A stretch of 64,000 nucleotides of DNA from Bacillota bacterium (GTDB lineage Bacteria; Patescibacteriota; Minisyncoccia; Phycocordibacterales; Phycocordibacteraceae), in assembly GCA_050260455.1 (NCBI GenBank), contig JBLNCF010000015.1, forward strand, positions 12,269 through 76,268, written 5' to 3'. Shown here piece by piece: positions 33,714 to 43,756 of the stretch. The notes below the pieces were generated by a model. It did not search any database and was not told the DNA's origin. It saw only the letters and a program-made list of their open reading frames with translations. The translations under genes and the position numbers were made by a program. The stretch's first letter is position 1. Each line of letters opens with the position of its first letter.

Positions 33714-34181
33714 TTACTTGAAGGTAACCTTGCCGCCTGCCTCTTCGATCTTCTTCTTGAGGTCCTCTGCGTCCTCCTTCGATGCGTTCTCCTTGAGCAT
33801 GTTCGGAGCACCATCGACGAGGTCCTTTGCCTCCTTGAGGCCGAGGCCGAGAGCCTCCTTCACCACCTTGATCACCTGGATCTTAGCGGCGCCGCCATCG
33901 GTGAGCTCAACGTTGACGGTGGACTTGCCCTCGTCAGCACCAGCACCACCAGCGGCAGGACCTGCAACTGCGACTGCTGCTGCGGAAACGCCGAACTTCT
34001 TCTCGAAGACCTTCACGAGCTCGGAGAGTTCGAGGACAGACATTGCCTCGATCTCCTCAACGAACTTCTTGAACTTAGCCGGAACCTCGACTGCCTCTTC
34101 GGCAGCAGCCGGAGCTGCGGTCTCTTCTGCCGGAGCAGCAGTCTCCTCGACTACTGCCTCCTGAGTTGTTTCATCTGCCAT
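33714..34181 (-). CDS. rplL: 50S ribosomal protein L7/L12.
   Basis: 155 aa. [20 protein letters not shown] and the C-terminal [27 protein letters not shown]...[20 protein letters not shown]. It carries an Ala/Glu-rich N-terminal extension. Confidence 0.9.
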   Translation of the reverse strand: MADETTQEAVVEETAAPAEETAAPAAAEEAVEVPAKFKKFVEEIEAMSVLELSELVKVFEKKFGVSAAAVAVAGPAAGGAGADEGKSTVNVELTDGGAAKIQVIKVVKEALGLGLKEAKDLVDGAPNMLKENASKEDAEDLKKKIEEAGGKVTFK

Positions 34182-34209
34182 AGTAATTGGATTGATTCGA
34201 TAAGGTAGA

Positions 34210-34707
34210 TTAGGCTGCTGCCTTCTTGTCGCGGATCTGTCCGAGTGCGATCGCCATGCCCTGGATCGGGCTGTTGATCACGTTTACGAACATGCCACGA
34301 AGCACCGGGATCGGCGGAATGGTTGCGATCGCATTCATTGCTGCCGCATCCGCAAACGCGTTGTCCCAGACACCACCCACGATCGTGAGCGCATCTTTGT
34401 GCTTCTTGCCGATCTCGTAAATGTCGCGAGCTGGGGCGGTAGCATCCGCAGAGCTCCAGACGAGAGCGATCTCGCCCGGCATGTCCGGAATGTTTCCTGT
34501 GTATCCCTGCTCAGAAAGAACGCGCTTGATGAGCGTCTTTTTTGCAACGTAGTAACCGACACCATTCTCGCGAAGCGTCTTGCGCATCGCAGACGTGTCA
34601 GCAACCGAGAGACCCTTGAAGTGCACGAAGGCAACCGACACCGCATCCTTGAGCGCGTCGGCAATCTTCGCCGTAATCTCCTGTTTCTTTTGCTTGGTAA
34701 TTGCCAT
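34210..34707 (-). CDS. rplJ: 50S ribosomal protein L10.
   Basis: 165 aa. [59 protein letters not shown]. Confidence 0.9.
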   Translation of the reverse strand: MAITKQKKQEITAKIADALKDAVSVAFVHFKGLSVADTSAMRKTLRENGVGYYVAKKTLIKRVLSEQGYTGNIPDMPGEIALVWSSADATAPARDIYEIGKKHKDALTIVGGVWDNAFADAAAMNAIATIPPIPVLRGMFVNVINSPIQGMAIALGQIRDKKAAA

Positions 34708-34985
34708 AACGGGTTTATTGTTCGTACGAAACGGGCGAAGGTCCCTTGCGGGACCTTGAGGAGACAGTCGACCGAGAAGTCTTGCGACTTCCCTTTCGTC
34801 CCTCGGCAGGTCTTCTTCCCTACTGGGATGCCTGCTGTCTTCGGTCCGTACGGGGAGACTATACCCCGCGAACGAGTATCCGGCAACCTATGTCACCGGC
34901 GCGCCAACGAAATGAATAGCGAGGAGAGCGGCCGTGATAAGTATCACGAAGCCCGAGAGGAATCCGAGGAATTCGATCAGGTACT
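34708..34985 (-). promoter_or_regulatory. About 280-nt 5' leader of rplJ, a candidate L10(L12)4 autoregulatory leader.
   Basis: Long structured untranslated region with several GC-rich hairpins between the upstream TPR gene and rplJ. L10 leaders are the known autoregulatory element of rplJL operons. No motif-level match was made. Confidence 0.3.
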
Positions 34986-35462
34986 TCATGGGTGCTCTGC
35001 GAGGAATGCTTGGAGTGCGGATTGGTAGATCGGATTATCAGGCTCCACTTTCGCTGCTTCAGTATACGCCTTTCGCGCGGTCTCGAATGCGCCAAGTTCG
35101 GCCATTAAATGCCCCATGTTGAGGTATGCAATTCCCCGCTTCTTATCTTTCGCTATTGCCTTGGAGAGATAGCGATATGAATTCTTTCCATCCCCTAGAA
35201 GTTCATATTCTGAAGCGATACCTACATAGAGGTCATACGTATCCTGACCGTTTTCCCCTATTTGGTTCTGCATGTCTCGTATTGTTTGCTCGACATTTGC
35301 GCGCTGATCTTGATACGCGCCCTGCCACTCCCAAGAAGAAATGTGATCGGTCTTATCGAGCGGATACGCAGGGTCGATCACCCGCGGAAGAACAAAGAAT
35401 GCCGCGGCCCCGAGGAGGATAACGCCAAGTGCGATGAGCATAGAGGGACGCTTCCAGTTCAT
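34986..35462 (-). CDS. TPR-repeat protein with an N-terminal membrane anchor.
   Basis: 158 aa. MNWKRPSMLIALGVILLGAAAFFVL anchor. YRYLSKAIAKDKKRGIAYLNMGHLMAELGAFETARKAYTEAAKVEP is TPR-like. Confidence 0.5.
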   Translation of the reverse strand: MNWKRPSMLIALGVILLGAAAFFVLPRVIDPAYPLDKTDHISSWEWQGAYQDQRANVEQTIRDMQNQIGENGQDTYDLYVGIASEYELLGDGKNSYRYLSKAIAKDKKRGIAYLNMGHLMAELGAFETARKAYTEAAKVEPDNPIYQSALQAFLAEHP

Positions 35463-35537
35463 GGATTGAGGATAACATGCATACGAAAACAGCCGCTCGT
35501 AGGCGGCTGTTTTCTAACGAACGTATCTAGTTTTGTT

Positions 35538-37472
35538 TTAGATAGTCGTCATGAGCACATCATTGGTCTTGAACGTATCGAGGCCAGATGTGAAGTAGAG
35601 CGTACTGTCGTTGGTGTTGCTGTCGGTGTCGTAGTTGATACCGGTAAGCACCACTCCCGTGTAGCCCGTACCCGTAGCAGTGAGGGTGACGTTCAAGGTG
35701 AACGTGCGGCTCGTACCTGCTGCGACACGGTAGGACGTGGCGGTGTCACCAGAGTCCGTACCGCTTGCCGTGACATTGGACGTACCCTGATCGGTTACGC
35801 CCGATGTGGAGCTGGTAGTGGTTGCCCATGCAACACCTGCGCCGGCTGCGCTCGGGCTTGAGGTGTTCTGGACACTACGATCGATGTAGATGTCATCGTC
35901 GCCAGCAGTAACCGTGAAGTTAATCGCGTACTGCGTGTAGTCCGCACCTGGAGAGACCGTTGCTGCAGTCTTAGTGGCAGTTGCCGAGCTCTTAGCCACC
36001 GTCACACCCGTAGTCTGGAAGGTGATGGTGCCACCCGTTGCACTACCATTGATGTCAGCAGTGTCGATCTGCTCGCCATTCTGGTCTTCGGCATCCCAAC
36101 CAGAGAGACTGCCCGTGGTCGATGCCGTGAGCGTGTCACCTGCACCGAACGTGCCGCCGGTCTCCTTGATGTTCGCCACGACCGTGAAGTCAGTGGTGTC
36201 ATCGGCATTGAGATCGCGATCGATGTTGTCGAAGACGATCGTTGCGGACGTGCTTGATGCCGAGACGGTCTTGGTGCGGAGCGTCTTGCTACCCTGCATG
36301 AGGGATACCGACTGGACCATCTGGTTTAGGTTCGTACCCGTGGATACGAGCTGGACCGGAAGATCAAAGACGGTTGCGTCCTGCTGCTTCGGACGAAGAC
36401 CGAAGCCAAGGAGAGTCACGTCATCGGTAGTATTGGTGTCGTCCACCTTCACCTGCGAGTCATCCGGGTTATCGGACGTGGTGGTGATGGTGAGCGTGCC
36501 AGCAGCCTGCTGATCTACCGTGAAGGTATTCTCGTACGCGTCATTGAAGTAGGTGTCGGAGATACCTGCTGCATCAATGGCGCGGATACCGTTCTCAGGA
36601 ATGCGAGCGATAATGTCCTGATTCTGTTCGTCAGCACCGATGGTGTTCACTGCGTTGACCGTCACGTAGAGGTCTGCCGTGTCGTTCTCGCGGACGATAC
36701 CGTTAAGGCCGCTGAAGCGGAGTGTGGAGACATCGCCATCACGATCCGCATCAGATGCGTCAGCGGTGGCGAGCTTCTTGCCATCGAGGTAGAGGCTCAC
36801 ACTGTCAACATACTTGTCGAGACGGGTGCTGCCCGAGCTGCCAGACATGTCGAATTCGACATCGACACGCTGAACCGCAAGGTCCGCATCCTGGGCCTCA
36901 AACTCAACACCAACAACCTTCTGGTTGCTGTCGCCCTCATCAATGGTCGATTCAACATCGCCATATTCCGAGTCGTTAGTAAGGAGACCTTCCCCACCCT
37001 GGAGTGCTCCGGTACCCGTGGTACCACCTCCCGTGGTGCCACCAGTGGCAGCCATTTCAGAGGCAACGCGTGCACGAGTAATGGGACCGAAGTATCCCAC
37101 CGCTGGCACAATGCCGCGAGAGGCCTGGTACGCCGCTACTGCTGCGCGGGTCTGGGTCCAGAAGTAACCGGTCGGTCCTGCTGGAATAGAGAAGCCCTTG
37201 CTAATAAGCCAGCTCTGGAGCGCTGTAACATCAGTACCCCGCGAACCCATGGTGAGGTCACGTGTGAATGTGATTGATACTGTAGCACCGCCCGAAAGCT
37301 GCGCCTGAAGAGCAGCAATCTGGGCTTGGAGGGCAGCAATCTGGGCTTGGAGCTGCGCGGCCGTCATCGTGGTCTGCGCACGCGCAGGCACGACAGAGAA
37401 CGACATTGCCGCGATACCGAAAGCCGCAATCAATGCTGCGATCTTAACGATTGAAGTATTCGTAGTAGTCAT
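35538..37472 (-). CDS. Secreted cell-surface protein, paralog B: signal peptide, LQAQIAAL coiled repeats, a peptidoglycan-binding domain (PG_binding_1-like), and a long Thr/Ser/Asp/Gly-rich beta domain.
   Basis: 644 aa. Signal peptide ...SVVPARA|QT. RGTDVTALQSWLISKGFSIPAGPTGYFWTQTRAAVAAYQASRGIVPAVGYFGPITRARV fits the PG_binding_1 pattern. The C-terminal roughly 130 aa are near-identical in architecture to paralog A. Confidence 0.6.
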   Translation of the reverse strand: MTTTNTSIVKIAALIAAFGIAAMSFSVVPARAQTTMTAAQLQAQIAALQAQIAALQAQLSGGATVSITFTRDLTMGSRGTDVTALQSWLISKGFSIPAGPTGYFWTQTRAAVAAYQASRGIVPAVGYFGPITRARVASEMAATGGTTGGGTTGTGALQGGEGLLTNDSEYGDVESTIDEGDSNQKVVGVEFEAQDADLAVQRVDVEFDMSGSSGSTRLDKYVDSVSLYLDGKKLATADASDADRDGDVSTLRFSGLNGIVRENDTADLYVTVNAVNTIGADEQNQDIIARIPENGIRAIDAAGISDTYFNDAYENTFTVDQQAAGTLTITTTSDNPDDSQVKVDDTNTTDDVTLLGFGLRPKQQDATVFDLPVQLVSTGTNLNQMVQSVSLMQGSKTLRTKTVSASSTSATIVFDNIDRDLNADDTTDFTVVANIKETGGTFGAGDTLTASTTGSLSGWDAEDQNGEQIDTADINGSATGGTITFQTTGVTVAKSSATATKTAATVSPGADYTQYAINFTVTAGDDDIYIDRSVQNTSSPSAAGAGVAWATTTSSTSGVTDQGTSNVTASGTDSGDTATSYRVAAGTSRTFTLNVTLTATGTGYTGVVLTGINYDTDSNTNDSTLYFTSGLDTFKTNDVLMTTI

Positions 37473-37761
37473 AAACCTATAATTCTTTCGTTAATGCTCT
37501 GTTGCGACGATAGCCGCAACCGAGCGCGCTTAATAAGTTTCTGTCCCACTATCTATCGAGGCCACTCAAGTCGACCTTGCGGTCCCAATAGTTAGCTATC
37601 GGGGGTGTGGTTCGTTCCGAATTGCTACTCTCATCTGTCGTAGCTTTCGTCCTGCACTACAGTAGAAAGACGAACCGGTGCAAGGTCTCTTACTCCTGTC
37701 CGCCTTTCTCTAATGCGAGTGATACGCGGTTGTACGTGTAGCTTTAATGAAGATAGAAACA

Positions 37762-37800
37762 AAAGAAAAACCACCTCCGTAGAGGTGGTTTTTCTTTTTC
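37762..37800. terminator. Bidirectional intrinsic terminator between the two surface-protein paralogs.
   Basis: AAAAA CCACCTC CGTA GAGGTGG TTTTTCTTTTTC. This makes the two paralogs separate transcription units. Confidence 0.55.
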
Positions 37801-37845
37801 AGCTAATTAGTTCCCGTGGGAGCTAGGTCACTGAGTTCTGACTTC

Positions 37846-39843
37846 CTACTGGACGTAGGTCATCAAGACATCAGAGGTCTTGATGGTGTCGAGACCAGCC
37901 GTGTAGTAGTCATCCGGCGTGGTGTCGGTCGAGTCAGTGGTGTAGTTAACACCCGTGAGCACGATACCGGTGTAGCCAGTCTGGCCGTAGGTCTCCGTGA
38001 GGGTCACGTTGAGCGTGAACTCGCGGCTGGTACCTGCGTCAACCTTGTACACGTTGGTGGTGTCACCCGAATTGGTACCCTCAGCCGTGAGGTTTGCGGT
38101 ACCCATGTCGGTCTTACCCGAGCTCGAGCTGGTGGTGGTTGCCCATGCAACACCGGCACCTGCGGTCGACGGAGAGCTGGTGCGCTGCGTCGAGCGGTCG
38201 ATGTAGAGGTCATCATCACCTGCGGTCACCTTGAAGGTAACAGCGTACTGAGTGTAATCGGTCGAAGATGCGGTCGAGCCGGCGGTCTTCGAAGCCGTAG
38301 TCGTAACCTTGGTTACAGTCACACCAGTGTCAGAGAAGGTAACGGTGCCACCGACGGCGCTGCCGGTCGGATCAACCGAATCACCATTCTGATCCTCGAT
38401 GTCCCAAGCGAGGTTCGAGGTCGTCGAAGCGACGAGCTCATCACCTGCGCCGAAGCCACCATCGAGCTTGCGGACGTCTGCGACGACCGAGAACTCTGCG
38501 GTGTCATCCTTGCTGACATCAACGTTGACGTCAGAGAAGACAACGTTCTGAACAGCAGTGGTCGAAGAAGCAATGGACTTGCTCTTGAGAACCTTCGAGC
38601 CCTTCATGAGCTTGAGGGTCTGCACGATTTCACCTGCACCGGCGCTGGTACCAGCAATCTGGACCGGAACGTCGTTGATGGTGATGTCCTGGTTCGTAGC
38701 CTTAACCTTGAAGGCAAGGAGGCTCACGCCAGTGGTCGTGTCAGTGTCATCGGCCTGGACCTGGGAATCATCCGGGTTGTCCGAGCCGGTGCTGATAGCA
38801 GCGTCGCCACCAGTCTGCGTGCTCACCGTGAAGGTGTTAGCTGCAGTGTCGGCGTCGGTCGGGTAGGTGTCGGAGATGCCAGCTGCGTCCACAGCACGGA
38901 CCGAGTCCGCACCGAGGGTTACGTAGACATCATCGCCATCCTCATCAGAACCAATGGTGTTGACCGCATCAACCGTCACGTAGAGGTCTGCAGTGTCGCC
39001 CTCGCGGACGATACCCTTAAGACCCGAGAAACGGATGGTCGAAGTAGCACCATCGCGGTCTGCGTCAGAAGCGTCAGCAGTTGCAAGCTTCTTACCATCG
39101 AGGTAGAGGCTTACGCTGTCGACGTACTTGTTGAGGCGCGTGCTGCCATTGCCGTTGATAGCAAAGTCAACATCGACGCGCTGGATAGCAAGGTCAGAGT
39201 CCTTAGCCTCGAATTCGAGACCAACAACCTTCTGGTTGCTGTCACCTTCTTCAAGAGAGGTCTCAACATCGCCGTAGTCGCTGAAGTTGTCGAGGGAACC
39301 CTCGCCACCCTTGAGCTCGCCTACGCCCACGGTGCCCTGGCCGGAGCCATTGCCTGCGGATGCGTTAGCAGCTGCGCGGGACTTCGGACCGAAGTAGCCA
39401 GCAGCCGGGGTAATGCCTGCCGATGCCTGCCATGCTGCAACAGCTGCCTTCGTCTGTGCGCCGAAGTAGCCAGTTGCGCCGGCCGGAATCGAGAAGCCTT
39501 TACCGATGAGCCAGGTCTGAAGAGCGGAAACCTCAGCACCCTTGGAACCGATCGTGAGGTCGGTCGTGAAGGTTGCGGAAGCAGAAGCGGAGGCACCTGC
39601 CGAAAGAGCGGCAAGCTGTGCCTGAAGCGCTGCGATCTGGGCCTGGAGATCAGACGTCGTATCAGCCTTCGCCGGAACGGCGGAGACGAACGACATAGCG
39701 ACGAGGCCAAGGCCTGCGACGACTGCCGCGATCTTTGCGATCACATTTGTCTGTGCAATAGACATAAACTTTTGTTTTTTAATTAATTTCTGAGGCGTAC
39801 AGGGCTGCGGTTTATAAAGAGGTGCTTCCCCATACGCTCCCAT
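37846..39843 (-). CDS. Secreted cell-surface protein, paralog A: signal peptide, coiled repeats, peptidoglycan-binding domain, Thr/Ser/Asp-rich beta domain.
   Basis: 665 aa. Signal peptide ...AVPAKA|DT. KGAEVSALQTWLIGKGFSIPAGATGYFGAQTKAAVAAWQASAGITPAAGYFGPKSRA. C-terminal DYTQYAVTFKVTAGDDDLYIDRSTQRTSSPSTAGAGVAWATTTSSSSG...VLMTYVQ aligns with paralog B. Confidence 0.6.
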   Translation of the reverse strand: MGAYGEAPLYKPQPCTPQKLIKKQKFMSIAQTNVIAKIAAVVAGLGLVAMSFVSAVPAKADTTSDLQAQIAALQAQLAALSAGASASASATFTTDLTIGSKGAEVSALQTWLIGKGFSIPAGATGYFGAQTKAAVAAWQASAGITPAAGYFGPKSRAAANASAGNGSGQGTVGVGELKGGEGSLDNFSDYGDVETSLEEGDSNQKVVGLEFEAKDSDLAIQRVDVDFAINGNGSTRLNKYVDSVSLYLDGKKLATADASDADRDGATSTIRFSGLKGIVREGDTADLYVTVDAVNTIGSDEDGDDVYVTLGADSVRAVDAAGISDTYPTDADTAANTFTVSTQTGGDAAISTGSDNPDDSQVQADDTDTTTGVSLLAFKVKATNQDITINDVPVQIAGTSAGAGEIVQTLKLMKGSKVLKSKSIASSTTAVQNVVFSDVNVDVSKDDTAEFSVVADVRKLDGGFGAGDELVASTTSNLAWDIEDQNGDSVDPTGSAVGGTVTFSDTGVTVTKVTTTASKTAGSTASSTDYTQYAVTFKVTAGDDDLYIDRSTQRTSSPSTAGAGVAWATTTSSSSGKTDMGTANLTAEGTNSGDTTNVYKVDAGTSREFTLNVTLTETYGQTGYTGIVLTGVNYTTDSTDTTPDDYYTAGLDTIKTSDVLMTYVQ

Positions 39844-40345
39844 TCAAGATTTGGTAATCACGTTTAGGTGCTGCCCGTAGGCAGCACGTTCGCGTGCGTG
39901 CGCACTTTCCTTTCACACTACCCGACAGGGCGCATTATCGACTCGCGTCCCATCGGCTAGTTGGCAAATTTAGGCATTCATTCTGCATTCACCCGTAGTC
40001 AGTATCATCCAATCATGCCGACCCGAACTCGCACGTGATGTGGGAGACGGGACTGTACGCGCGTTCTTACGCGCGTCAGATTTTTACAACCCTATTTGGT
40101 TGTCAATGATCGGTCGTTCGGTGAATCGCACCCAGTCGTAACAGCTATAAAAGCCAGTATACGAGAGCTGGTGCAGAAACCCTTGTAAAACCTGTGTGGA
40201 TAACCGGTTCCCCAGAAACGCGAAAGAGGCCGTCGCCGGCCTTTTTTAGAGCGTTCTGACTCCCGCGGTCATCACGAGACCACTATAGCCTAAGCGGGAC
40301 CATTGTCAATGAAGGCTTCAGGTGGCTCTCCCCCTACCGGATGTC

Positions 40346-41125
40346 CTATACCAACGTATATGTGGTCCATCGACGTTCGCCCGATTTGCGGACCAATCCT
40401 TCAGCAATGAGTAAAGAAAGTTCGCGCTGGATAGTCTTTTCACTCACCCCGCGAACTACTGTAGATATGTCCTTTATATAGGACGGTCCCTTGGATCGCA
40501 GTACTTCCAGAATTGCCTCTCGGCGATCACTATTCTTTATGTCTTTTATGTGTCCTTTATTGTCCTTTATAGCTTCTTCTCTCTCTACGGAAGCGGAGGA
40601 CTCTGCAGCTGGTTTGGATACTGCAGTCGCACGCGGAGTCGCACGTGAGGTTGTTACCCCCTTAAAGAGTGATGCGAGCGTCGGGGCCTCTTCAAGAAAA
40701 AGACGCGGCTCCTCATAGGAGGCTATTTCTTCAAGTAGTACATGGGCTTCTCGAGCAATTAGATCCGCATTCATAGGGGAAAGAAGTCCCCCTGTTCGCG
40801 CAATGGACAACACACTTGAGAGTGCGAGCAGCTCACGCGATAACGCCTGACGAGCGGCTGCAGGCGGCAGCGTTGCCGCATCCACGAGACCGACTGCAAT
40901 TGCATCGACACGGTTCCGAAGTGCCGGTGAATGAGTGAAGGCAGGACCTATCAAATGAATCGCTTTCGCCAAACGCTCGGCCTTCTTATAGATATATACC
41001 CTACGTATGTCCTTCTCGAATATATTCGAGAATATACCTTTATCTAGGACGAAATTATCTAGACTCCCCGCGTTATCACGAGGCCTGAGCGAGTTATTGT
41101 CCTTTTTGTGTCCGTTATCGCTCAT
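40346..41125 (-). CDS. Hypothetical protein with a C-terminal winged-helix DNA-binding-like domain and an N-terminal low-complexity Lys/Asp region; start taken at Met9 (Met1 would be a non-ATG codon).
   Basis: C-terminus REAILEVLRSKGPSYIKDISTVVRGVSEKTIQRELSLLIAEGLVRKSGERRWTTYTL. KD(I/N)K repeats near both ends. Divergent from ftsK. Confidence 0.4.
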   Translation of the reverse strand: MSDNGHKKDNNSLRPRDNAGSLDNFVLDKGIFSNIFEKDIRRVYIYKKAERLAKAIHLIGPAFTHSPALRNRVDAIAVGLVDAATLPPAAARQALSRELLALSSVLSIARTGGLLSPMNADLIAREAHVLLEEIASYEEPRLFLEEAPTLASLFKGVTTSRATPRATAVSKPAAESSASVEREEAIKDNKGHIKDIKNSDRREAILEVLRSKGPSYIKDISTVVRGVSEKTIQRELSLLIAEGLVRKSGERRWTTYTLV

Positions 41126-41246
41126 GTGTATGTCCTTTGTGGCAGGCAAAGTATATGTCCATTAGTCCACGGCTGCAAACCAGGAGATGCCGCCTCACCA
41201 TATTCTGGGGAATGCTGCGCATGTGGATGATAAAATAGGTATATCC

Positions 41247-43421
41247 ATGGCGAGAAAAAAGAAGAAACGCGATGCGGAAAATACTAAGGCGGCCGTACGA
41301 TGGACCGCCGCTATACTTTGCATTGCCTTTGGTCTTATCCTTGCGCTCGCCGCTTTCAATCTGGCTGGTTACGCCGGTGGAGCGATCTTCGGCTTCGCCT
41401 ATGCAGAAGTAGGAGTGGCTGCCTTCCTCCTCCCGGTCATACTCATAACTGGCGGAGTAGGACTCGCCCTTGAGCGTTCTTTTCTTTCACCCCTGACCTT
41501 AATTGGAATTACGCTCATCGTGCTCACGACTCTCACCTTTCTGGGAATCGTCTCCGCTGCTCTAGGAGGTGCAGCAGGAGTATTCGCGGGACAGGCGGCA
41601 ACTCAACTCTTTGGCCTGTGGGGTGCCGTCATTCTCCTCTTCGCTGTCGCAGCTATCGGTCTTATAATCGCCGCGGATATCGTCGTGATAGCTCGAGCTC
41701 TCTCCACCATCGCCAAGGGCACGGGTGAGGCACTCGGATCCGTGAAGCTCCCTTCCCTTCCGAAACGGGAAGTCGCAGAAGAAATCGATGAAGAGAACGA
41801 AGAGGGAGACGAGGAAGCTGCGCACGAAGAACCAGAAGTAGAGACGGTACGTCCAGAACGCGAGCCAGTGGTGACCATGTTTGATCAACGGCCCCAGACA
41901 AGCGGAGAAGCTGCCGCCATTCCGAATTTCGATGCAGAGTACAACGCCCCTCCCCTTTCGCTTCTTGGCGAGGACAAGGGCAAGCCAGGCGTCGGAGATA
42001 TCAAGGCAAACGCTAACATTATTAAGCGCACCTTCCAGAACTTCGGCATCTCCGTGGAGATGGACGAGGTCTCGGTAGGCCCTACCGTTACTCGCTACGC
42101 CATTAAGCCGGCAGAAGGCGTCCGCCTTAATAAGATCGTCTCCTTGGTAACCAACCTGGAGCTGGCACTCGCTGCTCACCCGGTACGCATTGAGGCTCCG
42201 ATTCCTGGTAAGTCACTCGTGGGTATTGAGGTCCCGAACGCAGCAAAGGCCATGGTAGGTCTCGGTGGTGTCCTCTCTGCCCCCGAGTGGGGCTCTTCGA
42301 AGAAGCCGCTCCTTGCTGCTGTAGGTCGTGATATTGCGGGTGTTCCGCATTATGTGAACGTAGCTAAGATGCCTCACGGCCTTATTGCTGGTGCTACCGG
42401 CTCTGGTAAGTCGGTTGCCATCCATGCCGTTATCGCTTCCCTTCTCTACCGCAATGGCCCTAACCAGATGCGCTTTATCATGGTCGATCCCAAGCGTGTC
42501 GAGCTTACGCTATATAACGGTATCCCCCACCTTCTTACCCCGGTCATCACCGACCCCAAGAAGACCATCATGGCTCTTAAATGGGCGGCCAAAGAAATGG
42601 ATCGACGCTACAACATCCTTGAAGGAGAGCGCGTACGCGACATCGAGTCATATCACAATTCGGTATTTGAGCCGGCAAAGAAGCGCGGCAAAGCTGAAAT
42701 GCCCGAGGCCATGCCGTATATCGTCATTGTCATCGACGAGCTCGCCGACATCATGCAGACCTACCCGCGCGAGCTTGAGGCAGCCATCGTCCGCCTCGCC
42801 CAGATGTCTCGCGCCGTGGGTATCCATCTCATCCTCTCCACTCAGCGTCCGTCAGTGAACGTCATTACCGGCCTCATCAAGGCAAACGTGCCAACCCGTA
42901 TGGCGCTTCAGGTGGCAAGCCAGATTGACTCGCGCACCATTCTCGACGGTCCAGGCGCAGAATCCCTCCTTGGTGCCGGTGACATGCTCTACCTCTCTGC
43001 TGATATGCAGAAGCCGGTTCGTCTCCAGACTGCCTACATTTCCGAGAACGAAGTGAAGAAGGTCGTGGACTACATCAAGAAACACAACGCGGGCTCTCTG
43101 GACGCCCTCGATCTGGGCGCCGGCGCTTCCGGTACGGGTCATGAGCCGAACGACGCCATGAGCATGAGTTTCGATGGCGGCGATGATGACAGCGACGACG
43201 ACATGTACGAAGAAGCCAAGGCAGCCGTTGAAGAAGCTGGTCGCGCATCAACCTCCTATCTCCAGCGCAAGCTTCGCATCGGCTATTCCCGCGCTGCCCG
43301 GCTCATGGACATCCTTGAACAGAAGGGTGTGATTGGGCCTGCTGATGGTTCTCGCCCACGCGAAGTGCTTAGTGGTCGGGGTGCAGCTTCGGAGGAATCG
43401 GCTGAAGCAGACGTGTTTTAG
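41247..43421 (+). CDS. ftsK: DNA translocase FtsK/SpoIIIE.
   Basis: Start taken at Met21 (MARKKKKRD...). Four N-terminal transmembrane helices, an acidic linker, a motor domain with Walker A HGLIAGATGSGKSV, and a C-terminal winged-helix gamma domain TSYLQRKLRIGYSRAARLMDILEQKGVIGP. Confidence 0.85.
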   Translation: MARKKKKRDAENTKAAVRWTAAILCIAFGLILALAAFNLAGYAGGAIFGFAYAEVGVAAFLLPVILITGGVGLALERSFLSPLTLIGITLIVLTTLTFLGIVSAALGGAAGVFAGQAATQLFGLWGAVILLFAVAAIGLIIAADIVVIARALSTIAKGTGEALGSVKLPSLPKREVAEEIDEENEEGDEEAAHEEPEVETVRPEREPVVTMFDQRPQTSGEAAAIPNFDAEYNAPPLSLLGEDKGKPGVGDIKANANIIKRTFQNFGISVEMDEVSVGPTVTRYAIKPAEGVRLNKIVSLVTNLELALAAHPVRIEAPIPGKSLVGIEVPNAAKAMVGLGGVLSAPEWGSSKKPLLAAVGRDIAGVPHYVNVAKMPHGLIAGATGSGKSVAIHAVIASLLYRNGPNQMRFIMVDPKRVELTLYNGIPHLLTPVITDPKKTIMALKWAAKEMDRRYNILEGERVRDIESYHNSVFEPAKKRGKAEMPEAMPYIVIVIDELADIMQTYPRELEAAIVRLAQMSRAVGIHLILSTQRPSVNVITGLIKANVPTRMALQVASQIDSRTILDGPGAESLLGAGDMLYLSADMQKPVRLQTAYISENEVKKVVDYIKKHNAGSLDALDLGAGASGTGHEPNDAMSMSFDGGDDDSDDDMYEEAKAAVEEAGRASTSYLQRKLRIGYSRAARLMDILEQKGVIGPADGSRPREVLSGRGAASEESAEADVF

Positions 43422-43423
43422 TC

Positions 43424-43747
43424 ATGGTGCGCGCCATTACCATTGCCGCGCTCGTCATTCTTCTCGGATACGGCTTCGTGGAGGGTATTCCCCTTCTTGC
43501 CGGTCCCCACATCTCCCTTACCTCTCCAGGAGATGGCCAGAGCTTCTCCGATGGGTTCGTTCGTATTACCGGTACTGCCGCACACACAGAAAACCTTACC
43601 TTAGACGGTGCACCGCTACTTATCGATTCATCAGGACACTTTGATACCACGCTCGTACTTCCCCACGGGGGAGCTATACTATCCCTAACCGCCACCGATC
43701 GCTTCGGAAAGTCACAAAGCGTCCGGCGCACTATATTCGTACCCTAA
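43424..43747 (+). CDS. Small membrane-anchored hypothetical protein, 107 aa, co-transcribed between ftsK and recA.
   Basis: MVRAITIAALVILLGYGFVEGIPLLAG anchor followed by a beta-rich segment. It starts 3 nt after the ftsK stop. Confidence 0.4.
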   Translation: MVRAITIAALVILLGYGFVEGIPLLAGPHISLTSPGDGQSFSDGFVRITGTAAHTENLTLDGAPLLIDSSGHFDTTLVLPHGGAILSLTATDRFGKSQSVRRTIFVP

Positions 43748-43756
43748 TCATTACGT

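Noticed and set aside
37816-39786. 656-aa plus-strand ORF, with a similar 179-aa ORF at 35974..36513.
   Set aside because: It is exactly antisense to the surface-protein genes. The composition is Arg/Gly/Cys/Val-rich, typical of the reverse frame of Thr/Ala/Asp-rich coding sequence, and it has no domains. The minus-strand genes have signal peptides and recognisable domains.
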